A model generated the notes under the pieces. That model made no database searches. It worked only from the letters and a program-made list of their open reading frames with translations, and had not been told where the DNA came from. The translations under genes were made by a program, and so were the position numbers. 64,000 nt of DNA, taken from NCBI GenBank assembly GCA_050730675.1, contig JBOHNM010000002.1, positions 1,395-65,394 of the forward strand. The letters are read 5' to 3'. Position 1 is the first letter of the stretch. Each line of letters opens with the position of its first letter. Positions 50,785 to 58,634 of the stretch are shown here, one piece after another. The DNA comes from Phycisphaerales bacterium (GTDB lineage: Bacteria; Planctomycetota; Phycisphaerae; Phycisphaerales; UBA1924).

Positions 50785-51621
50785 ATGAGCCAGCGACCAC
50801 ACATGCGCCGCGCGTTCACGATCGTCGAGTTGCTGATCGTCGTGGTGATCATCGCGCTCCTGGCGTCGATCGGTCTCTATGTCGGCCGCATGGTTTCCGA
50901 GGGCGGCAAGGCCCGCGCCACGCAGAACACGCTCCAGATCCTCGATCAAGTCCTCAACGAGTACCAGACGGCCAAGGGCGGTGCGATTCCGCCCGCTGTA
51001 TTGATCGACGGAATGGGGGATGACTTCCCGATGTTCGACGGGCGTGTGGCTGGCAACCCATTTACGCTTGCCACAACTCCCAACGTGAATCCGAGCGTCT
51101 CGCTCTTCCTCGCGCAGGCCCGATCGGAAGCCGGTGCGGTCGATCAGGCGCTCAGCAAGATCGATCCGAAGTACATCGAGCGGACAACGTTCATAGATTC
51201 CTCCTGGGGCCACCCGAGGCTCGCCAACGGAGCCGGCGATATGCCCGGCGTCGTCATCAAGGATGGTTGGGGCCGCCCTCTTCGCTTCGTACACCCCACA
51301 TTGCAAGGCGCGTACGGCCCCGGCTTTCGCAAGGACACCGCAAGCACCAGCGCCAGCACGTTCGTGTCGCAGCCCCGCCCGTACTTCGTTATCTCGCGGA
51401 TGCCGATCATCGAGATGCGCCGCGCCGCCTGGCCGTTCAACCCTACCGCCCGCAACTCCGGCGACATCGGCGATGCCGACCAAGGCAAGTGCACAGGCAA
51501 CAGCCCATATTTCTACTCCTGCGGGCCCGACGGCGACCCGGGCACTCACGAGGACAACATCTATTCGAACAAGAAGCCGACGTTCGATTCCGACATCCGC
51601 CAGGGCAACAGCGCCAGCTGA
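50785..51621 (+). CDS. prepilin-type N-terminal cleavage/methylation domain protein
   Basis: MRRAFTIVELLIVVVIIALLASI is a class III signal (G/A-F-T-x-x-E). Start trimmed from the track ORF 49816, which overlaps secA. Confidence 0.8.
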   Translation: MSQRPHMRRAFTIVELLIVVVIIALLASIGLYVGRMVSEGGKARATQNTLQILDQVLNEYQTAKGGAIPPAVLIDGMGDDFPMFDGRVAGNPFTLATTPNVNPSVSLFLAQARSEAGAVDQALSKIDPKYIERTTFIDSSWGHPRLANGAGDMPGVVIKDGWGRPLRFVHPTLQGAYGPGFRKDTASTSASTFVSQPRPYFVISRMPIIEMRRAAWPFNPTARNSGDIGDADQGKCTGNSPYFYSCGPDGDPGTHEDNIYSNKKPTFDSDIRQGNSAS

Positions 51622-51676
51622 ATCCAGAGCCCGCCGTTTGTCCCTCCCGCGCGGCGTGCGTACCATGCGGCTCTTC

Positions 51677-51750
51677 CGGGGCGTAGCGCAGCTTGGTAGC
51701 GCGTTTGGTTCGGGACCAAAAGGTCGGAGGTTCAAATCCTCTCGCCCCGA
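51677..51750 (+). tRNA. tRNA-Pro (anticodon CGG)
   Basis: Hand-folded: acceptor CGGGGCG/CGCCCCG, D arm GCGC-AGCTTGGTA-GCGC, anticodon arm TTTGG-TTCGGGA-CCAAA, T arm GGAGG-TTCAAAT-CCTCT, discriminator A. Confidence 0.9.
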
Positions 51751-53003
51751 TTGTCTTTCGAGAAAGACCCTTCGATGAGCACATCGAAGGGTCTTTTCAT
51801 ATGAAAGACGAGGGTTTTGCCCGCCAATTTGTAGTTCAAGCAGACGATATCGAGGATGCGCTGCTTCGCGGCGTAATCGGCGGTCTCCCACTGGTTTTGC
51901 AGTGTTTGTGAGAGTTCAAACACCTTGACCGCCAACTCCGCCGTTTCGTCCCGTGAGCGGTCCAACACATCGAGCTGGAGCTTGATCGCGGCGAGCCGGT
52001 CCCGCAACTGGGTCTGCTTGGCGGCGAACGTGTCGTCGTCGATCTGCTCGTCCAGCCGGAGATTGAGCAAGCGATCCTGCTGGGCGGCCAGGAGGGTTTC
52101 CTGCCTCTGGAGTGCCCGGCTGTCCTGCTGGGCGTCGGCGGTCTGGGCCGCCAGGACGGCTCGGAACCACTCCCGCACCTCGTCATCGCCGATCCGCATC
52201 GAGGCAAGGACGGCAAGAACCTGTCGGTCGAGTTCCGCTTCGGTGACCCGGTCCCGCGGATGGCCGGCCATGTTGTACCGCCCGCAGCGGTAGTAGATGT
52301 ACTCGCGTACGCCGTTGGAAGTCCGCTTGGTCTTCCGCTCGCCGGTAATGGGGTGCCCGCAGTGAGCGCAAGCGATGCGTTCGCTGGCGTAGGTCATCTG
52401 GTGGCTGTGGTACACATGCCCGCCCAGGAGGGCTTGGGCTCTGTCCCAGGTGGCGCGATCGACCAGCGGCTCGTGCTTGCCGGGATGCCACTGCCCGCGG
52501 TACTCCACGTCGCCGATGTACGAGCGGTCGCGCAGGATCGTGTGGGCCTTCGAGCGGGTGAACTTCGGAGTTGAATCCCGGAAGACGCGACCCTCGGTGG
52601 CCATGCGGGCGAGCAGCTCATCAAGGGTCAGAGGTTGGTAGGCGTAGAGCTGGAAGAGACGGCGAACATTGTCGGCGGACTGTGGTTCCACATCGACCAC
52701 GCTGCGGCCGTCTCGGCGCACGGTCCGGTAGCCGTACGGCGGGCGGTTGACGAACCACGCCTCCTTGACGCGGCGGGCATGCCCCTCGCGGATATCCACA
52801 GACATTTGTTCCGTGTAGAAACTCGCGATATTTGCAAGCGTCCTGCGCATCATGCGGCCGGCAGGGTTGTTGTCGGTGGGTTGTGAGACCGAGATGAACG
52901 GCAGGTTGTGCTCACTCTCCAGTCGTTGCTGGCGAATGGGCGGCTGCGAAAGATGGGCACGGCGGGGAAGTAATGAGACCACGCAGACCATGAGCTGGGC
53001 CAT
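51732..53003 (-). pseudogene. large serine recombinase, 5'-truncated (catalytic Ser region missing)
   Basis: It retains the end of the resolvase domain (ISVSQPTDNNPAGRMMRRTLANIASFY), the recombinase domain (NRPPYGYR...LDELLARM...ILRDRSYIG), the zinc ribbon (CAHCGHP...YYRCG) and a coiled coil. An in-frame TGA lies 7 codons upstream of the first Met, and no YxRVS-type N-terminus occurs in any frame. The 3' end overlaps the tRNA-Pro 3' end by 19 nt. Confidence 0.7.
51762..51797 (+). terminator. long hairpin immediately 3' of tRNA-Pro (terminator-like)
   Basis: 16-bp stem GAAAGACCCTTCGATG-AGCA-CATCGAAGGGTCTTTT. It is embedded in the last codons of the recombinase ORF on the other strand. Confidence 0.5.
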
Positions 53004-53636
53004 TGCTCGCGCGAGAATTGTTCAGCCGGATTATGGCAGCTTGTCCAGATACCAAGAGGTCGGCCAATCACTCCGGAGCTTGCACAAACGCGATTCAACC
53101 ACGAATTTACCGACAATCTACCGGCATAAGAGGCAACTCGCAACAGTCTAAAGCGGGCTGTGTCGCCGGTTGCTACCGACGAGAGGGCCGTCAGGGAGTG
53201 CTTGGGTCACCTTCATTTGGTTCCCGCTCATGCGCCCACAAGCAATCGTCACAGCGTCGGGACGAGCAGTGTTGCAGCCGCGGCAAGGAGAGCCGAGATG
53301 ACCGCAATCAAGATGCACCGCCATTGGCGCTCAATCATCTCGCGAATTTGGTAGATCCGCGAGCTGGCACGCACCGGAGCCAAGTGAACGTGTGAAACTC
53401 CCGCACATTTCCGATTGACGGCGTCTCTCCAGCGCAGCCCCCGGGCACACACTACACAACGCGACTTGGCAGCCCTCCCAAACAAATACACAATACTCAT
53501 CAGCGTGTGTGAGCTGGGCGAAAAGCCCGGTATTCGTAGCACCGATTGCACACACGCCGGTATTTCCCCGGGGGGTGACCGCCTCTCTTATGCCACAGAT
53601 CTTTACGGTTGCGCGCAATTTTCTCGAACACATCTC

Positions 53637-53665
53637 TTGCACCGCCCCAGACCTCTCGGTATGCT
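53637..53665 (+). promoter_or_regulatory. candidate sigma-70-type promoter of the Cys-rich gene operon
   Basis: TTGCAC - 17 nt - TATGCT, about 68 nt upstream of GTG 53733, in the AT-richer spacer. Confidence 0.3.
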
Positions 53666-53732
53666 GCTCTCCGGTAGCCCTGACCGTCAGCCGTAACGCA
53701 CCCAGTGCTGTGTGGTGAAGAGGAGGCTTGCC

Positions 53733-54650
53733 GTGGCGAACGATCCGAATATCCCCAACCAGCCAGAATCGCAATCCGATTCGCGTCGCCAGTTTCTCGC
53801 CACAGCCGTGGGCGCGACAGCCGCGTCCATGCTCGCAGCGAGTTTGGCCAAGGCGGGGGTTAAGCTCCCGGAGAGCGCGGCATCGTCGAAGCCGTCCGGC
53901 TCAACCACCAATCGCTTCCGGGTGCGCGACCTGATCATCTCCATTGTCCCGCCGAGCGCGGCTCAGACCGTGGCGGCGGTCCAGCCCGCAGTTGAACCGG
54001 CCACGGTTGAACCAATCCCGGTCGGGCCCGTAGCGCTCTGCACGGACTGCACGGGCTGTACTGGCTGCTCCAATTGCACCGGGTGCTCGAACTGCACCGG
54101 GTGCTCGAACTGCACCGAGTGCACGACACCGACGGCGTGCACGAACTGCACCCACAATACCAACTGCGGCGAGTGCACATGCACCAAGTGCACGGACGTC
54201 ACGTGCGGCCAGATCACCCAGTGTTCCTACAACACCGCTGACTGCGATATCACTGAAGGATGCAGCTGGTGCACCGAACCGACAGGTTGCACTCTCAGCG
54301 ATTGTTCATATTGCACGAAGTGCTCGTGCTCTGCTTGCAGTTGCACGCACCACACAGCATGCACAATCTACACGGCGTGTACGGCATGCACGAGGTTGAC
54401 GAACGGTTGCACTGGGTGCACTCTGTGCAGCGCCTGCACGGAATGCAGCGCCTGCTCGCAGTGCACCGCCTGCACGGAGTGCAGCTCCTGCACGAAGTGC
54501 ACCTGCAGCGGCTATCCCACCACGCCCGGCAGCAGCGAGGCGGATGCACGCCCGCCGGCATCCATCAGCGAACTGGACATGCTGCTCGGCAAGATGCGCC
54601 AAGCGGTCGCCGAGTTGGAGGCTGTTCGCGCAAGATCCATGATGGCATAG
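53733..54650 (+). CDS. Tat-signal protein with giant Cys-Thr/Ser lattice core (putative RiPP-type substrate)
   Basis: GTG 53733 is preceded by AGGAGG at a 6-nt spacing (track start 53712). It has the twin-arginine motif SRRQFLATAVGATAASMLAASLAKA and a Pro/Val/Ala linker. The 156-aa core (nt 54039-54506) holds 43 Cys, 40 of them followed directly by Thr or Ser (CTGCSNCTGCSNCTGCSNCTEC...CSACTECSACSQCTACTECSSCTKCTC). The C-terminus is a helix, SISELDMLLGKMRQAVAELEAVRA. Confidence 0.75.
   Translation: MANDPNIPNQPESQSDSRRQFLATAVGATAASMLAASLAKAGVKLPESAASSKPSGSTTNRFRVRDLIISIVPPSAAQTVAAVQPAVEPATVEPIPVGPVALCTDCTGCTGCSNCTGCSNCTGCSNCTECTTPTACTNCTHNTNCGECTCTKCTDVTCGQITQCSYNTADCDITEGCSWCTEPTGCTLSDCSYCTKCSCSACSCTHHTACTIYTACTACTRLTNGCTGCTLCSACTECSACSQCTACTECSSCTKCTCSGYPTTPGSSEADARPPASISELDMLLGKMRQAVAELEAVRARSMMA
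54057..54128 (+). repeat. 18-bp tandem repeat (about 4 units, 2 identical) inside the Cys-rich gene
   Basis: TGCACCGGGTGCTCGAAC occurs at 54075-54092 and 54093-54110, flanked by diverged units TGTACTGGCTGCTCCAAT and TGCACCGAGTGCACGACA. The units encode C-T-G-C-S-N. Confidence 0.9.
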
Positions 54651-54663
54651 AATTCGATGGGTA

Positions 54664-55914
54664 ATGAGCAACGTTGTCTTGTCTCAGCCTGACTCGATCA
54701 TAACGGCTGCGCCGGTATCTCCCGGCCGCTCGGACGGGATCTTGCAACTCCGACTCCGGGCCAGTTCCAACTACGAGCTGGTGCCCCTCGAACGCCTCGA
54801 CTCCGCAGCCCGGGCGATGATCCAGGGACTGAATATTTCTCCCGGGGACTACGGGTGGTTTCGTCCCGTCGCTCCGGGCCTGCCGTGGAGGCCCGCGACC
54901 CAGGCGAGTGCGCTCATCTGGCTCACGCTCCGGGAAGCGGGCGTGTTTCCGACATTTGCCCGGAATGATCTCGGAGTCCGGGCGGCGGGCGTCGCCAGCC
55001 GCCTCGTCCTTGATGCGGTCCTGGAGATGGAAATCGGGGAAGCATTCGTGTGCGGCCCGGAGGCGGGGAGCACGCTTCTCGGCTTAGGCTCCCAGGCCGA
55101 GCCTTCGACGAAGATCGGCAAGCTCTCCCTACAAGCCGTCCATTACGGCGCTCGCCTGCCGATCGAAGATGACGGAGCTCTTTCCGCTCGCATCTACTTC
55201 TACAACCGCGACCCCGTCACGCCGGAGTGGACGCGCCGGCTGCAGGACCGCCCGGGCCTGTGGAGCTTCCTCAAACTGGATCACTCCAAAGGCAAAAAAT
55301 CCGTGCTCCATGGGTGGAAAGAGCAAAAAGGCCGCGAACCCGTCGATGGCTGGATCCAGTGGCGAAGAGAATCTCGCCGCCAGAGCACGAGCTACCCGTT
55401 CAAGTTGTACATCTCGCCGGCCACCGGCGCCCTGCCCGACGTGCTCCACGACACGATCCGGGCTTTGACCGATGCCGGATGTCCAAAGTTCAAGTTCGGG
55501 GGCGATGTCTTCGGCATGCTCCGCCCCGACAAGCTCGTCGCCTATTTCCATGACCGCGAAAGCCTCCTCGCGGCCGGCGAAAAGCTCGGCACCAAGCTCG
55601 CCGGCGTGCCGCCGCACGGCGTCCCCTTCAGCGCTCCCATGGACGCCGATGGTGTGCTCTCCTGGGGCATGGACCCGCCCAGAAAGCAGAAGATCGTCAC
55701 TTGGCGAGACCGCGAGAGTTGGAGACTCTGGGTCACGAATCGGCTCGCCGACGCTCTTCTGGTCCATCGCTCTCTGCGGAAAGGCGCCTCCGGCGCCGTG
55801 ACCTTCGCGCTCGAGCGGGTCCGCACCGAAGGTGTGGACACCGACACGTGGGCTCCGGCGAACGACATCTGGGCGGATCGCGAGCAGGGAGTGCCGTCAA
55901 ATGGACATCGATAA
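54664..55914 (+). CDS. standalone HopA1-like protein (putative phospho-Ser/Thr lyase)
   Basis: YPFKLYISPATGALPDVLHDTIRALTDAGCPKFKFGGDVFGMLRPDKLVAYFHD fits my recollection of the (L)Y(I/V)xxxP...FK...R.DK.V.Y pattern of HopA1-family / lanthipeptide lyase domains. It starts 13 nt after the Cys-rich gene and overlaps the next gene by 14 nt. The assignment is from recall only. Confidence 0.45.
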   Translation: MSNVVLSQPDSIITAAPVSPGRSDGILQLRLRASSNYELVPLERLDSAARAMIQGLNISPGDYGWFRPVAPGLPWRPATQASALIWLTLREAGVFPTFARNDLGVRAAGVASRLVLDAVLEMEIGEAFVCGPEAGSTLLGLGSQAEPSTKIGKLSLQAVHYGARLPIEDDGALSARIYFYNRDPVTPEWTRRLQDRPGLWSFLKLDHSKGKKSVLHGWKEQKGREPVDGWIQWRRESRRQSTSYPFKLYISPATGALPDVLHDTIRALTDAGCPKFKFGGDVFGMLRPDKLVAYFHDRESLLAAGEKLGTKLAGVPPHGVPFSAPMDADGVLSWGMDPPRKQKIVTWRDRESWRLWVTNRLADALLVHRSLRKGASGAVTFALERVRTEGVDTDTWAPANDIWADREQGVPSNGHR

Positions 55915-58387
55915 TCGCTTCGTGCTGCCGGCCGATGTTCAGCTCATCCCTGTCGCCACGCTCCCGCCGGAAACGCGGAGCAAGTTCGAGAGCGAAGACA
56001 CCGACGTGGCCGTCATGCGCCCGGGGTCTCGCACCGCCGTGAAGCTGATTGATGAAGACTCCGCCGCGCTCCTGCAACTCTTCCGGAAGCCGCGGACGAT
56101 CGTCGAAGCCGTGTTCTCCTTCGCGAGCGACAGGCAGCTCAACGCCGAAGAGGTCCTGAAAGATAGTTATCCGGTGCTCCGCCGGTTCATCGAAAACAGG
56201 TTGCTGCTGGACCCCACGACGGACAGCTCGGGCGCAATCCGGGCGTCCTTCGCCCCCGGCGACATGCTCGACAAGTACCGGATCGAGCGCGTCATCCAGG
56301 TTCTCGAGGACTCCGAGCTGTACAAGGCCTCGGACCCGTCCGGCGCGGCTGTCGCGGTGAAGCTTGCACGTCCTAAATATGAGGACCACGTGCGGCCGCT
56401 GTTCCAACGAGAGGCGTACGTGCTGCAGCACCTGGATCGCTGCGTGTCGCCCGGATTCCTCGGCGAGGGCGAACTGGAGGGGCGACCCTACCTGGCGATG
56501 GAGTGGCTGGAGGCCCGCACCCTCTCGACCTGCCTGTCGCGCCTGGCGCCGGCCCACGCGAGCCCGGCGAAGCGGTTCGCCGCCTGCACAGCGGTCGCGC
56601 GGGCCTACGCCGAATTGCACGATCGCCGGGTCGTCCACGGGGACGTCCACCCCCGCAACGTGATGCTGACCGAATCGCTCGATCGCGCCTGGATCCTCGA
56701 CTTCGGATTGGCGTATGTGGACGGCGCACCCGATAGCTTCGGCCGTGCCCGGCGCGGCGGCGTGTCCTACTACTTCGAACCGGAGTACGCCAGCCGCCAC
56801 CTCGCCAAGCGGCGCGCGCCCAAGGCGTCCTTCGCGAGCGACCAGTACGCGTTGGCCGCGATGCTGTATCTCGTCTATTGCGGCGAACTCTATCTGAACT
56901 TCGCCGCCGACCGGGAGGAGCTGTTCAAACAGATTGCCGAGCAGGCGCCGGTGCCCTTCGCGACCAGAGGCGTACCGGATTGGCCCGAGTTGGAGAGCAC
57001 CCTGCAGCGGGCCCTCGCCAAGAGAACCAAGCACCGGTTCCCGTCGGTGCGGAGCATGACCGACGAACTCGACCGCTTGACGGTTCCTACGCCGCCATCG
57101 CCTACCAGGACGCTCCCGGCGGTGGAGCACTCGGCCGCCGGCAAGACCGCGACCCGGGATGCTCTCCGCCGGCTCGCCGAGGAGTTTGAGACGGGGTTGG
57201 CCGCGTGCGAGCTGGAAGCATGGGAGGCCGTACCTGCCCCTTATCCGCGGTGCTCGGTCACCTTCGGCGCCGCGGGGATCGCGTACTGGCTGTACCGTCT
57301 CGCGGCGCTGCGCAAGGACTCGGGGCTCCTGTTCACGGCGGACGGGGTGATCAACATCGCGAGGATCATGGCCAAGCGGCAGGATGCCTTCGTCAGCCAG
57401 GACGGAGAACTCACCGAGCAAGTTGTGGGCCCCGTTTCCGTGTACCACACGATGAGCGGGATTCACTGCGTCCAGGCGCTCATCTCGCACGCGATGGGAG
57501 ACCTGGTCTCTCAGGGATCGGCGACCTCGGCGTTCGTCGCCAGCGCGACCGGACCGTGCGAGAATCTCGACCTGACGCTCGGCGCCTCCAGCGCCCTGGT
57601 CGGCGGGGCGATGCTCCTGGGCGCCATGCCGGACTCCTCGATCATAAGCCCGGCAGAGCTCGTCCCTCGCGTCGACGTCGTGATGGACCGCATCTGGGAG
57701 CAACTCAACCGAATGCCGATGTGCGATCGTGCCGAACAGGTCCGATTCTCCGGGATCGCCCACGGCTGGGCAGGATTCCTCTACTCCACCCTCATGTGGT
57801 GCGACGCCTCCGGGCGCGAGGTCCCGCGGTACGTCCGTGATAGGGCCGTCGAGCTGGGCGAGGCGGGGGTCATCGTCGGCGACAAGGTCATGTGGCCGCG
57901 CAGGTTCGCGCCCGAAGGCCGCTCGCAACAGTCGCAGTTTCTCTCGAGTTGGTGCAACGGCTCGGCCGGCTTTGTCTTTCTCTGGACCCTGGCCGACCGG
58001 TTGATCGGCGATCCGAGGTACCAGATCTGGTCCAGGCACGCGGCCCTGCATTGCCTCGAAGATGGCGTCGGGTCTCCAGACCTGTGCTGCGGCGTAGGCG
58101 GCAAGGCTTACGCGCTGCTCGCCATGTTCAAGCACACGCAGGACGAGATGTGGCTCGACGCGGCGTATACGGTGTTGGGAAAGTTCAATTTCGCCTCGTT
58201 GCGGGGTTACTTGAAGCGTGACGCGCTCTACAAAGGTCCGCTGGGCCTGTGCCTGCTCGCGTACGAGTTGGAGAGTCCCAACAACGCAGTGATGCCGATG
58301 TTCGAGCGCGAGAACTGGTCGAGCGTCCCGCGCCGAAAAGACCTGCGCCCTGCACCGGCGCAGCCGGCTCGAGGCAAGCCGGCTTGA
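55901..58387 (+). CDS. PqqD-like RRE + Ser/Thr protein kinase + LanC-like cyclase fusion
   Basis: N-terminus: VAVMRPGSRTAVKLIDEDSAALLQLFRKPRTIVEAVFSFASD...VLRRFIENRLL (PqqD/RRE pattern). Kinase: AVAVKLARP (VAIK-like), VVHGDVHPRNVML (catalytic loop), ILDFGLA (DFG). LanC-like: GIAHGWAGFLY, SSWCNGSAGFVFLW, DLCCGVGGKAYALL. Start taken at ATG 55901 (track 55832). Confidence 0.8.
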   Translation: MDIDNRFVLPADVQLIPVATLPPETRSKFESEDTDVAVMRPGSRTAVKLIDEDSAALLQLFRKPRTIVEAVFSFASDRQLNAEEVLKDSYPVLRRFIENRLLLDPTTDSSGAIRASFAPGDMLDKYRIERVIQVLEDSELYKASDPSGAAVAVKLARPKYEDHVRPLFQREAYVLQHLDRCVSPGFLGEGELEGRPYLAMEWLEARTLSTCLSRLAPAHASPAKRFAACTAVARAYAELHDRRVVHGDVHPRNVMLTESLDRAWILDFGLAYVDGAPDSFGRARRGGVSYYFEPEYASRHLAKRRAPKASFASDQYALAAMLYLVYCGELYLNFAADREELFKQIAEQAPVPFATRGVPDWPELESTLQRALAKRTKHRFPSVRSMTDELDRLTVPTPPSPTRTLPAVEHSAAGKTATRDALRRLAEEFETGLAACELEAWEAVPAPYPRCSVTFGAAGIAYWLYRLAALRKDSGLLFTADGVINIARIMAKRQDAFVSQDGELTEQVVGPVSVYHTMSGIHCVQALISHAMGDLVSQGSATSAFVASATGPCENLDLTLGASSALVGGAMLLGAMPDSSIISPAELVPRVDVVMDRIWEQLNRMPMCDRAEQVRFSGIAHGWAGFLYSTLMWCDASGREVPRYVRDRAVELGEAGVIVGDKVMWPRRFAPEGRSQQSQFLSSWCNGSAGFVFLWTLADRLIGDPRYQIWSRHAALHCLEDGVGSPDLCCGVGGKAYALLAMFKHTQDEMWLDAAYTVLGKFNFASLRGYLKRDALYKGPLGLCLLAYELESPNNAVMPMFERENWSSVPRRKDLRPAPAQPARGKPA

Positions 58388-58634
58388 GCCGGCAGACCGG
58401 CGTGGCATCCGCTGGAGTCGAACCAACGGCGCATCGGAGTGAGTGGCCGACTCCGAATACCGCTCACCGAGCCAGCCCCAATTCCAGCCTCCACTGAGTC
58501 GCCGCGAGGGTCATGGCGTTGTCCCGGATCGCCGATCATCCGGCCTCCATGTTTATGTACGTCTGGCCGCTGCAGTCGACCTCGCTCCAAGAAGAGTTCT
58601 ATGAGTGTCCCGTTGCTCCGATTGACGATCGAGA

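Noticed and set aside
53003-53711. Short ORFs in the AT-richer spacer (130 aa plus strand, 100 aa and 147 aa minus strand)
   Set aside because: Poor GC3 bias compared with neighbouring genes, no motifs, and mutually overlapping. Treated as decayed or non-coding island DNA.
54039-54506. CRISPR array or non-coding microsatellite as an explanation for the TGCAC-rich periodic DNA
   Set aside because: The period is 3 to 18 nt with no spacers. The repeat stays in one open frame for 156 codons with a good RBS, a Tat signal and a structured C-terminus. The several antisense ORFs (53901-54671) are by-products of the same periodicity.
55733-58426. 897-aa minus-strand ORF opposite the kinase-LanC gene
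   Set aside because: No recognisable motifs, Arg/Gly/Pro-rich, and fully antisense to a plus-strand ORF carrying kinase and LanC signature blocks.
58403-58477. Functional tRNA gene on the minus strand
   Set aside because: Despite a perfect T-arm, the acceptor halves pair at only 4 of 7 positions. No 7-nt anticodon loop or D-arm can be drawn. It is kept only as a tRNA-like relic in the findings.
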